A DNA stretch of 64,000 bases from Candidatus Heimdallarchaeota archaeon. Its GTDB lineage: Archaea; Asgardarchaeota; Heimdallarchaeia; JABLTI01. The notes beneath the pieces were generated by a model, which was not told where the DNA came from, searched no databases, and saw only the letters and a program-made list of their open reading frames with translations. This document shows, in pieces, positions 1 through 9,496 of the stretch. Numbering within the stretch: position 1 is the stretch's first letter; each line of letters starts with the position of its first letter. A program made the position numbers and the translations under genes. The DNA is taken from the NCBI GenBank assembly GCA_018238155.1, contig JABCTZ010000017.1, positions 32,001-96,000 of the forward strand, read 5' to 3'.

Positions 1-639
1 TGGGCTCGTTCACAAGTGGAAATTGAATTAAATGGCGTTGGAGATAATCCTATCTTCTTCCCCGAAGAAAAATTAACACTCACTGGAGCAAACTTCCAAG
101 GAACTCCTGTTAGTTTACCATTTGATATGGCTGGTGCAGCAATTACTATGGTCTGTGTTATGTCTGAAAGACGTATGAATAGATTAAATCATCCAGCACT
201 TAGTGTAGGTTTACCACCATTCCTAACAAAAGGAGCAGGATTAATGTCTGGTTTGATGTTAAGTCAATATACTGCAGGTATGCAAATCGTTGAAATGCGA
301 ATCTTATCCGCTCCTGCAAGCATCCAATCTATTCCAGCAGCTGCAGATCAAGAGGACTTCGTTTCAATGGGAATGAATACTGCTCTCAAAAACAATCAAA
401 TTTTGGATAATGCTTATGGTGTTCTTGGTATAGAGCTTATGGCAGCTGCACAAGCTTTGGATTTCAGAGAATTCAAATTTGGTGATGGTGTAATAAAAGC
501 CAAAGAAGTAATTCGAAAACATGTTGATTTCCTTGACGAAGATAGACCATTGTTTGACGATCACAATGCTATGAAAGCATTGGTCAAATCATGTGAAATT
601 CTCGAAGAAGTTGAAAAAGAAATTGGCAGTTTAGATTAA
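1..639 (+). CDS. Aromatic amino acid (histidine/phenylalanine/tyrosine) ammonia-lyase family, C-terminal part (5'-truncated by window)
   Basis: Frame open from base 1; motifs NGVGDNP, GANFQG, SERR..RL, QEDFVSMG, ELMAAAQALD typical of the HAL/PAL family. Confidence 0.88.
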   Translation, partial: WARSQVEIELNGVGDNPIFFPEEKLTLTGANFQGTPVSLPFDMAGAAITMVCVMSERRMNRLNHPALSVGLPPFLTKGAGLMSGLMLSQYTAGMQIVEMRILSAPASIQSIPAAADQEDFVSMGMNTALKNNQILDNAYGVLGIELMAAAQALDFREFKFGDGVIKAKEVIRKHVDFLDEDRPLFDDHNAMKALVKSCEILEEVEKEIGSLD

Positions 640-653
640 TAGATTTGTATTAA

Positions 654-690
654 GAATTAGGATATTCCTAATTCCTTTCTTTTATTTCAA
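654..690 (+). terminator. Hairpin plus T-tract terminator
   Basis: GAATTAGGA-TAT-TCCTAATTC stem followed by CTTTCTTTTTATTT, between convergent genes. Confidence 0.55.
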
Positions 691-716
691 TTTATATCAA
701 TGTTGTTTGATTTTTC

Positions 717-1160
717 TTATCTTATTTTGTATTGATTTCGATGTATCAATGATTTTGCGAATTTTGTAACTATCTCAGCGTGTGTTGAATTATAATCAAT
801 TAATCCAATAATCTCATCATTATTGTTTGAATCTATAACTGCTAATCGGTTTATTTTTTCCTTATGCATAATTTGATCTGCTTCATCAATAGATGCTAAT
901 CGATTTACTGAAATCACTGGTTTTATCATGAAACTTTTTGCAGTAGTATCAGGTGAGATTATTCCACCATCTTTTAAAATCAATCTTTGAATATCTCTGT
1001 CAGTAATTATTCCAACTAATTTTCCAAACCTTGTTACAAAAACACACCCTCGTTTTGTTTTAAGCAATATTTTAGTTACTTTAACGAAGTTTGTATTTTC
1101 TTCTACTATTTCAGGCTTAATCATTATCGTTTCTACTGTTGTAGTTCTTAAGAAAGGCAT
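717..1160 (-). CDS. CBS-domain pair protein
   Basis: LVGIITDRDI, MIKPVISV, INRLAVID...IIGLID CBS repeats. Confidence 0.85.
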   Translation of the reverse strand: MPFLRTTTVETIMIKPEIVEENTNFVKVTKILLKTKRGCVFVTRFGKLVGIITDRDIQRLILKDGGIISPDTTAKSFMIKPVISVNRLASIDEADQIMHKEKINRLAVIDSNNNDEIIGLIDYNSTHAEIVTKFAKSLIHRNQYKIR

Positions 1161-1484
1161 TAGCTATATCCTTCATTTTCAATAAACATTGAATCTCTAA
1201 TCTTTTAAACATTTGGTTCACTATTTAGACTTATACATTGCTAATTAATTCTTCTACTAATTCTTTAACTTCTTTATTCGTTTCTCTTTTCGAGGGAAAT
1301 AGTTAAATAAATCTAATTTTGTGTTCTCATTAGGTGAAATTTAATGTGGGATTAACTTCACTAATAATAAAATTGAAAAGATAAGATTTTATGATAGATA
1401 TTGTTCCACATCTGAAGAGATTTTTTCATCCAACCAATGAGTTATATTAGTTGAAAGAAAAAATTCTTCCAAGAAAGCCCCGAG

Positions 1485-2990
1485 GTGTTTCATTTGACAG
1501 AAGAAGAAATGAAGAAATTAAAAGTAGGCAGACCAGCCGGTTTCCGAGATTTTTATCCAGAAGATTATACAAAAGTAGATTTTGTATTACAAACTATGCG
1601 ACGAATCTCTCAAGAATATGGATATGTTGAATATGTTTCTCCATCCATTGAACTAAGAAAATTATATGAGTTAAAATCCGGTGAAGGTTTAATTAAAGAA
1701 ACTTTCAAAATTGAAAGTAGAAGTGGTCAAGAACTCGTGCTTATTCCTGAGTTAACTCCAAGCTTATCTAGAATGCTTGCAGCAAAACAACAGTATTATA
1801 CTAAACCAATTCGCTGGTTTTCATTTCCAAAATGTTACCGTGATGAAACTCTCCAAAGAGGAAGAGTAAAAGAATTCTGGCAATATAATATTGATATTTT
1901 AGGTATAGATGAAATTTATGCAGATGCTGAAATAATAACTATACTAGCAAGAATAATCAATGAATGTGGATTGTCAAAAGAGCAATTCGTAGTACTAGTT
2001 AATGATAGAGAGTTTATGCAACAATTCATGGTCGCTCTCGGTATTTCTGATTTTCTAGCAGTTTTCAGGTTATTTGATCGAAAGGATAAGTTGTTTCAAG
2101 AACGCATTCAAGAAATGCTTAAAGGAGCCTTTGAAGAGGATCAAATAATTGATATTGCTCTAAAGATTCGTCATGCAAAAAAACCAGATGAATCAATATT
2201 TGAGCAAATTCCTAAAACGAAAATTACCGAAGAAATAATAGATGGATTTGAGAGCATCCGAAAAGTAACCTTGATTGATGCTTTGAAAAAGTTAGAAATT
2301 TCAAAGGAACAGGCAGAAATCTTGTACGAATTATCTGAAATTAAAGATACACCAAAAAATTTCATTAAAAAAGTCAAGAAACTTTACCCAGGGGAAAATT
2401 CAATTGAAGCATTGAAAAATCTCGAAGATTTAGCTTTAATTCTTGATAATTTTGGGATAGCTGATTTCATTCTTTATGATGGAAGTTTAGCAAGAGGATT
2501 GGATTACTATACCGGAATTATTTTCGAAGCTTGGAGCAAAGAAGGAATTATTCCAAGAGCAATTGCCGGTGGAGGTAGATATGCTGATTTAGTAGCAATT
2601 CTAGGAGGTCAACCCCTAACAGGAGTAGGATTTGGATTCGGTGAAACCGTGTTAATGGAATTGATGAGTGACTTTGAAGTAGAATATCCAAGAGTGGAAA
2701 TTTGTGATGTTTATATTGCTCCAATAAAATTAGATGATTTTTCGATAATAATTGATCTTTCTAATAAACTTCGAACAAAAGGGTTGAAAGTTATCTTAAA
2801 CCCCTTTAATTGGAAAATGAAGAGACATTTTGAAAATGCAGAGAGAATAGATGTTGAGTGGATGATAATTGTTGGTAAGAAAGACCTAGCAAACGATTCA
2901 GTAACATTACGAAATATTATTTCTGGGGATCAAGAAACTATTCCTTTAAAGAAAATCACAACAATACTTCAGAAGAAATTAGAAAAGTAA
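1485..2990 (+). CDS. hisS: Histidyl-tRNA synthetase
   Basis: GFRDFYP, LIPELT, YRDE..QRGRVKEFWQ, RGLDYYTG, GGGRY, C-terminal anticodon-binding domain. Confidence 0.96.
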   Translation: MFHLTEEEMKKLKVGRPAGFRDFYPEDYTKVDFVLQTMRRISQEYGYVEYVSPSIELRKLYELKSGEGLIKETFKIESRSGQELVLIPELTPSLSRMLAAKQQYYTKPIRWFSFPKCYRDETLQRGRVKEFWQYNIDILGIDEIYADAEIITILARIINECGLSKEQFVVLVNDREFMQQFMVALGISDFLAVFRLFDRKDKLFQERIQEMLKGAFEEDQIIDIALKIRHAKKPDESIFEQIPKTKITEEIIDGFESIRKVTLIDALKKLEISKEQAEILYELSEIKDTPKNFIKKVKKLYPGENSIEALKNLEDLALILDNFGIADFILYDGSLARGLDYYTGIIFEAWSKEGIIPRAIAGGGRYADLVAILGGQPLTGVGFGFGETVLMELMSDFEVEYPRVEICDVYIAPIKLDDFSIIIDLSNKLRTKGLKVILNPFNWKMKRHFENAERIDVEWMIIVGKKDLANDSVTLRNIISGDQETIPLKKITTILQKKLEK

Positions 2991-3103
2991 TCCTACCAAC
3001 ATACGCAAGATTATTTAGAAGAAATAATACACTCAGAAGAGTAAGTAAGTGTATTTATTTCTAAATCTAAATAATTGATTAACATGGGAATTTAAAGTCT
3101 GGT

Positions 3104-3481
3104 GTGATTTTATTGGTAGAGACTAGAACAGAACAAATTCGTTGTATTTTGTGTAATAAGCACCTAGACCTTACAATGAGCGATGGAAAAGAATTGTTCA
3201 TTTGCTCGGAATGCCAAGCCTATTTTTGCCCTGACTGTTTACAAGCAATAGAAAATTATTCAGCATGCCCTGCAGCAAGATTGCTAGGAGCTAAAGAGCA
3301 TGAGTTGAAATTTCTAAAAATCCTTCCACCAAAACTAATCTTTTCAAGTGGTAATTTATCACAAATTGAAAAAAATAAACCATCTACAGTAAAAATTTTG
3401 CCCAAAAAAAGTATCAAGGTAATTGAATCAAAATCCGAAAGGAATAAAGCAGTGAAAAAAAAAAATAACTTCAAGAAATAA
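3104..3481 (+). CDS. RING/C1-like zinc-finger protein
   Basis: CxxC-x16-CxxC-xxxFCxxC-x9-CP...H followed by a basic tail. Confidence 0.7.
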   Translation: MILLVETRTEQIRCILCNKHLDLTMSDGKELFICSECQAYFCPDCLQAIENYSACPAARLLGAKEHELKFLKILPPKLIFSSGNLSQIEKNKPSTVKILPKKSIKVIESKSERNKAVKKKNNFKK

Positions 3482-3499
3482 ATAGCATTCATAAAAGGG

Positions 3500-5212
3500 G
3501 TGTATTATTTGCAAATTAAAGCGTTCAAATTAACTATGACCGGTGAAATAGCAATAACTAAAACTACTCCAATAAGTAGTGGAGAACTGCTCAGGTTAAT
3601 GGTCATCCCAGTAATGAACGATTCAGAAATTGTAAATGCTTCCAAAGTTGAAGTTCTAAATCCGTATGAAATTAGAGTTGTTGATTCTAGATTACCTGTA
3701 TTTGATCAAACAAAAGTTGTTTATTTTGATATCACAATTCCAAAAAATTGGTCTAGTGGACGCTATTTAACTAGTGTACTGTGTACTAATGGAAAAATAA
3801 TAACCAGTTGCTATTTTTATTTTCAAGCGGGGAAAAATGCTCATGTAATAAATCGAATACAAAACCCAAAATGGATTCTTAATTATTCGTTAAATGTGAA
3901 AAATGTCAGTGAAAAACCAGTGGGTAATTTTTCAGCATTTATTGCGTTACCATTAACTATTTCTCCACAGCAAATAGTAAGCAATTTACAAATTCATCCC
4001 AGTAACCTAACTATATCAACCGATGTAGAAGGAAACCATTGGACACATTTCTCAGTAAAAAGAATGGAAGCAAAAGAATCGCGTTTATTGAGCTATAGTG
4101 CTGAAGTTGAAATGAAACCTTTGATTATCCCTCAAAGGATTTCTAAAATTACGAAAACAAATCCCTACGAAAGAAAATTCTTGCAAAATTATCTGCAACC
4201 TGAACCACATATTGAAAGTGATCATCTTAAAATAGTGAAGATGGCTGCAAATATTCCAAATAATGATCCGCTCACCTTTGCTAAACGTGCTGCAAAACAA
4301 GTGCAAAAAACAGTTAAATATGAAATACAACCAGGAGAATTCGGAGCAGCTTTTGCTATTGAAAAAAGAAAAGGGGATTGTACTGAATTTGCTGCATTAT
4401 TTGTTGCTCTTTGTCGAGCTGCTGGCATTCCAGCAAGAACAAATGCCGGTTTTGCTTTAGCCCAAAGATGGGAGAGGCACGCAACTGCAGAATTCTTAGT
4501 TCAAGGAAGGTGGATTCCTATAGATCTCACTATGCAGAGAAGCAGTGAAATTATTCTCGGATCTTTACCACTAAATATTATCGTTACTCGAGGTAACTGG
4601 ATGGGTGGAACTTTAGCTAAAGAAGTAGCTTACAAATATCAAGTTATAGAACCTAAACAGAAAGTAGATATTGATATTCTCTGGAATATTGTTCTTAGCA
4701 ATGGGAATAATCACTCAACAACTAATCATTCTGCAATAAATAAAACAGTTAAAATTATTGATCCACAAATTTTTAACTCATCAAAAATTAAACCAAAAGT
4801 AATTGAGCAAAGCAAAATAAAAATTTTAGTCGAAAATGAAGGACAAGAAGTTGATTTTATAAAAGTAACTAAAAATAAACCAATTGTTCTTTCGAAAAAG
4901 AAGCATAAAATGTTCGAGTTAAAAGTAGAAATGCCTGATGCTATTAAACAAGGTGCCTCTTTTAAACCAAAAATAACTCTTATTAACCATTCAGAAAACA
5001 ATCTCACTGGCTGCTGCGAAATAAGAGAATTTGTGGATGGAATAATCAAAATACGATCAATTGTAGGGAAGAAAATACCGCCGAATTCCCAAAGGACGAT
5101 TAAACCAATAATTAGTTTGGATTCCATTGGAATGAGTGAACTAGAAATTATTTACAGCAATCGTATTGGAAGAGTGCTATCCAGAATATCTGATTTGATA
5201 AGTCTTTATTAG
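3500..5212 (+). CDS. Transglutaminase-like (Cys-His-Asp) domain protein with C-terminal Ig-like domain
   Basis: GDCTEFAALFVALCRAAGIPAR, RHATAE, WIPID. Confidence 0.88.
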   Translation: MYYLQIKAFKLTMTGEIAITKTTPISSGELLRLMVIPVMNDSEIVNASKVEVLNPYEIRVVDSRLPVFDQTKVVYFDITIPKNWSSGRYLTSVLCTNGKIITSCYFYFQAGKNAHVINRIQNPKWILNYSLNVKNVSEKPVGNFSAFIALPLTISPQQIVSNLQIHPSNLTISTDVEGNHWTHFSVKRMEAKESRLLSYSAEVEMKPLIIPQRISKITKTNPYERKFLQNYLQPEPHIESDHLKIVKMAANIPNNDPLTFAKRAAKQVQKTVKYEIQPGEFGAAFAIEKRKGDCTEFAALFVALCRAAGIPARTNAGFALAQRWERHATAEFLVQGRWIPIDLTMQRSSEIILGSLPLNIIVTRGNWMGGTLAKEVAYKYQVIEPKQKVDIDILWNIVLSNGNNHSTTNHSAINKTVKIIDPQIFNSSKIKPKVIEQSKIKILVENEGQEVDFIKVTKNKPIVLSKKKHKMFELKVEMPDAIKQGASFKPKITLINHSENNLTGCCEIREFVDGIIKIRSIVGKKIPPNSQRTIKPIISLDSIGMSELEIIYSNRIGRVLSRISDLISLY

Positions 5213-5303
5213 AGAAAGAATATATTTAAATCACTTCACCTATTATTTTTCTAGAACAATATTAATTTAAATTAAAAAAATTGTTATACTCTTAAACACA
5301 TGG

Positions 5304-7172
5304 ATGATTGATGGCATGCATTTTGCACTTTTGGCACTTATTCTGGGTTCAATATTTGGCGTTCTCGCTACTCTTGTAGTTTGGGTAGCGAAAGGAGAAG
5401 CTACTCCTGCAATGGGCATCATTGGCGGTGGGACCTTTGTAGCAGGATTTCTCGTATCTCTAACACAATTTTGGTATTCACTACCAACGCATGGTACAGT
5501 AATTGTGGTAAGCCTATTATTTGGTGGAATAATGGTAATTGTAATGTTGAGATTATTCTCAAAAAGCTTCGGCAGATTAGGACGGTCACCATTAAAAATC
5601 GTTGTTTTGGTAGTAGGTATTCTATTGATGGTAACACCTGCCTATTTTGGTTTTAGTTCTGCGATTTATAGGGGCTTCGATACCGCTCGCTACTTTGATT
5701 CAGTACTTGAATTTCCTGATGAGCAGTTACCTTTTAACAATATCGTTACAGGTGATCATTTACGTGTGGTCGACAGTGATCTTGCAGAAGAAATCATTCA
5801 AAAATCATCCCCATTTGGTAGCAATACTAAGATTTTAGAAATGCATGTTGGAAAAATTTATGGGAAATTGATGTGGATTGGAGTAATAGGTACGGATTCG
5901 TTTCATGTTGGAACGGATAATGCTGATCGGAAACGGAACTCCATTTTTGGATTTGTTGGAGTAGACTTGACAAATCCATCTGCAGATGTGGTAGTAATTG
6001 AACAATCCTTCACAATTGGTCATTATCTAGTCCGCTCAAAGACATTGGGCAGAATTATCTGGAAATATAATCCTGATTACAGAGCAGGTGATAACAGCTA
6101 TTTCTCAATGAATGATGAAGATCAAATGCGATTACTTGTACCGTATTCAATCTCACATAGTTTAACGATTGAAAATGTCAATGGAATAGCAATGACGACC
6201 TACCTGGAAAAAGTTGGTGGTGTGCTTGAATATGATTCATTGGGTAATTTGATTAAAGATCATACAGACCTCGAAGATTTACCTCATTATGCTCGCATTC
6301 AATGTTATCCTGAGGATTGGTTAGAATTTAATATCAATAAATGGGGTCGACACAGAAAAGGTAATCATGAATTCCAATATTTCTTTACTACCACAGAGCA
6401 ATTAGGCATTTCTTGGTATGATGATGTTAGAGTTATTTATGATGCAAATACCGGTGAAACATCACAATATGTTATGCTCACACAACCTGAATCCGAAAGT
6501 CAGTTATTACGAGGTGCAATAAAAGCAAATGCTTCTGGTATCTTCTTCTTTGATTGGTCCGATCTTCAACCAAAACCAATTGATACCTATAACGCACTGA
6601 TACATTGTGCAACAGCTATCGATGTTGAAGTTGGAACAACAGAGCATAATTATCATCCAATATTACCATTATTGTATCCAGTAAGAGAAAAATATCAGAA
6701 CATGTCTGATTATGCGTATATTGTTCCAATTCAATTTGAGCAATTAAGATTTGGAGGAATAACGATAACAAATCCACTTGATACAAGTGGTATAGAAACC
6801 ATTGTAGAAATTGCTGATCCAAGTGACACTGTTGAAACAGTGCTAATTAGAGCATTAGACAGTTATTTGCTTATGTTAGGAGATGAAGGTGTTACAGTTT
6901 CTAACTACACAGAAACATTGGAAATAGAAGCAATTACTTCCTTTGAAAAAGATGGGGACACAATTTACGTTGCTTATGGTAACCTAACATATCTTCCTGA
7001 AGGAGAAGTAATACCCATTAGTGAAAACCAAACGGTATGGTTCACACAAAATTACCTAAATCTAACATATTGGGAACAAGTATTATTCCTAGAAGCTGGT
7101 GATGTTCTAAAATTAGAAGTGATTTATCTTCTTGATGTCTTCTATTGTAAGAGCATTGTTTCGATAAATTAG
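5304..7172 (+). CDS. Membrane protein: about four N-terminal TM helices plus large soluble domain
   Basis: 622-aa ORF with hydrophobic first ~120 aa. Confidence 0.75.
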   Translation: MIDGMHFALLALILGSIFGVLATLVVWVAKGEATPAMGIIGGGTFVAGFLVSLTQFWYSLPTHGTVIVVSLLFGGIMVIVMLRLFSKSFGRLGRSPLKIVVLVVGILLMVTPAYFGFSSAIYRGFDTARYFDSVLEFPDEQLPFNNIVTGDHLRVVDSDLAEEIIQKSSPFGSNTKILEMHVGKIYGKLMWIGVIGTDSFHVGTDNADRKRNSIFGFVGVDLTNPSADVVVIEQSFTIGHYLVRSKTLGRIIWKYNPDYRAGDNSYFSMNDEDQMRLLVPYSISHSLTIENVNGIAMTTYLEKVGGVLEYDSLGNLIKDHTDLEDLPHYARIQCYPEDWLEFNINKWGRHRKGNHEFQYFFTTTEQLGISWYDDVRVIYDANTGETSQYVMLTQPESESQLLRGAIKANASGIFFFDWSDLQPKPIDTYNALIHCATAIDVEVGTTEHNYHPILPLLYPVREKYQNMSDYAYIVPIQFEQLRFGGITITNPLDTSGIETIVEIADPSDTVETVLIRALDSYLLMLGDEGVTVSNYTETLEIEAITSFEKDGDTIYVAYGNLTYLPEGEVIPISENQTVWFTQNYLNLTYWEQVLFLEAGDVLKLEVIYLLDVFYCKSIVSIN

Positions 7173-7245
7173 TTAAAAAGAGATAGAAGAGTTTTCCTAT
7201 CACCGGAAAACTTTCAATATTTTTTTCTGTTTTTTCTATTATCAA

Positions 7246-8628
7246 CTATTTTTTTGCTTTAGCTTTTTTTCGCTCAATTTTACGAATACAAACATCTGCA
7301 ACTTTTACTAAAGGATAAATCGTTTCAGAAACTGCCGGAGCATAACAGAAGTCAATATCCATTATGTCATATACAGTTAAACCAGTTTGTAATGCAAAAG
7401 CAACATAATTGACATTTTCATCAATTTTTTCTTCGCCAATTACTTCTACACCAAGAATTTTTCCATCATTTGCTTGAGCAATAAGTTTGATGGTAATTTC
7501 TTTACTTTCAGGCATGTAATGTGGTCTAATTGGGGCAGAAAGTTTTGCCGTAACAACTTCGATTCCTCTTTCTTTTGCTTGCTCATCATTTAAACCTGCT
7601 AAGCCAACATAAAAAGTTCTTGATGAAACAATGAAGGAGTTAACACTTCCCGGATATATGCCTTTTCCACCTGCAGCATTTATTCCTGCAATTCTTGCTT
7701 GTCTTACTGCTGGACCTGCTAACATAGCAAGACTTGTGCTATTTGTAACTAAATTATTTACAACAACACAATCGCCTGCAGCGTAAATGTCCTTAATACT
7801 TGTTTCCATTTTGTCATTGACAACAATGGCTTTGAATTTATCATGAATCTTTAGGTTCATAGCTTTAGCAAGTTCAACGTTTGGTCGCACTCCCGTTGCT
7901 AAAACAACAAGATCTGCATCAATGGTTTCTTCGAAATCTTTACTACCATATTTGATTTTCTGGACTTTATCTTTACCAATGATTTCTTTTACCATCATCT
8001 CAGTTTTAACAATCAAACCAGTTTCTTCTAAATTTTCTTTTACTAATTTAGCAAATCCACCGGATATTTTGAAAGGCATAAGTTGAGGTTGCATTTCAAT
8101 AATAGTGACCTTTTTACCTAGGTGAACTAATTCAGAAGCAACTTCTATACCAATAGCACTTCCTCCTATCACAACAACATTTTTGACTTCTTTTGCATCA
8201 GCTGCTTGTTTAATTGCTGCAGCATCCTCTGCAAATTTAAGTGAAAAGGCATTTCCCAAATCTCTTCCTGGAATGGGTGGAACAAAAACACAAGAACCAA
8301 TACAGAGAACTAATTTTTCGTACTCAGTAGAAGATTCTTCTCCATTTTTATGTTTATAATATACTTTTTTCTTCTCAGTATCTACCTTTTCTACTATAGA
8401 GTTTTTGTGAAGCGTAATCTTTGATCTTTCATAATTAAGATCTTCAATAATAGAGTCGATATCTGGTAGATAACCACCTATTACAAAAGGCATAGCACAA
8501 GGGTGATAGGTATCATAATCTTTTGAATCTATAACCGTGATTTCTGCCGTTCTATTAGCTAAACGTGCTGCACCTGCTGCACTCATACCTGCGGGACCAT
8601 TCCCAATAATAACAATCTTTTGGCTCAT
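7246..8628 (-). CDS. NADH oxidase / CoA-disulfide reductase family flavoprotein
   Basis: GNGPAG, redox Cys in YHPCAMP, ATGVRPN, IYAAGDC, YAP in dimerisation domain. Confidence 0.9.
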   Translation of the reverse strand: MSQKIVIIGNGPAGMSAAGAARLANRTAEITVIDSKDYDTYHPCAMPFVIGGYLPDIDSIIEDLNYERSKITLHKNSIVEKVDTEKKKVYYKHKNGEESSTEYEKLVLCIGSCVFVPPIPGRDLGNAFSLKFAEDAAAIKQAADAKEVKNVVVIGGSAIGIEVASELVHLGKKVTIIEMQPQLMPFKISGGFAKLVKENLEETGLIVKTEMMVKEIIGKDKVQKIKYGSKDFEETIDADLVVLATGVRPNVELAKAMNLKIHDKFKAIVVNDKMETSIKDIYAAGDCVVVNNLVTNSTSLAMLAGPAVRQARIAGINAAGGKGIYPGSVNSFIVSSRTFYVGLAGLNDEQAKERGIEVVTAKLSAPIRPHYMPESKEITIKLIAQANDGKILGVEVIGEEKIDENVNYVAFALQTGLTVYDIMDIDFCYAPAVSETIYPLVKVADVCIRKIERKKAKAKK

Positions 8629-8748
8629 TAGATAACCTTCAATTATATAGATTTTTGATTAAATCAAATAAAGGAATTACTTTATTTGATATTTAAATGC
8701 TAACAAGTAATTGAATTAAATGAAATAAAAGAAAAAAGTTAGAAATAG

Positions 8749-9369
8749 CTAAATTTCTAATTGAAATGCCATATCAGCTGCATTCTTAACAGCAATGCTA
8801 AAACCAGGTTGAAAACCAATTATTGCTGTATCTAGACCATTTGCTTTTGCAGCTCGAAGTAATGGAGCACATCTTGCATGTCTGCTGGCTATAACTACAA
8901 TATCAACATTCTTCGAAAAAACACTATCCATAACTTCAACAACCATACGAATATAGATATCACTTGAAGCAACAATAGGTTCATAGCCACTATTCTCAAC
9001 AGCTTTTAGTAAATTGCGAGGAGCATGACGATTTAGAATTACTTTGGCAATTTTAATTTGTCCTAATTTATTAGCTATTCTCTCAATATCTTCTAGACGA
9101 ATCTGTTTGTTATTCACTCTGCGAAGAATATTTGGTGCATCAATAATTAGCGCTATTTTCTTTTGTTTAGAGAAAATATTCTTCACTGTTTTGAAACCCA
9201 ATGTGCTTCGTTCTTCGATACTCCCACTTCGTGTTGCAGCTGCAGAAGCAACAGAACCTTCTATTTCTTCATCTGCACTATTTTTGTGGTTTTGAGGTGC
9301 GTTTTCATTGGTTTCTGATAAATCTGTCAATTGTAATTCAACCTCTTTATTAAGCGAAGTTTTTGTCAT
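8749..9369 (-). CDS. NYN/LabA-like (PIN-fold) protein
   Basis: IALIIDAPN, A.ENSGYEP, GF.PGFS.A.KNAAD; several acidic catalytic positions look substituted. Confidence 0.8.
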   Translation of the reverse strand: MTKTSLNKEVELQLTDLSETNENAPQNHKNSADEEIEGSVASAAATRSGSIEERSTLGFKTVKNIFSKQKKIALIIDAPNILRRVNNKQIRLEDIERIANKLGQIKIAKVILNRHAPRNLLKAVENSGYEPIVASSDIYIRMVVEVMDSVFSKNVDIVVIASRHARCAPLLRAAKANGLDTAIIGFQPGFSIAVKNAADMAFQLEI

Positions 9370-9496
9370 TTTAATCTATTCGTTACTTCACACTTATCGA
9401 CATAAGTAAAATATAAATAATCCTCGATTGTTGCATTTTATTTGCTAATGATATTTGAAGCATTTGATTTTTGAAATAAAAAAATGGCTGGGAGAA

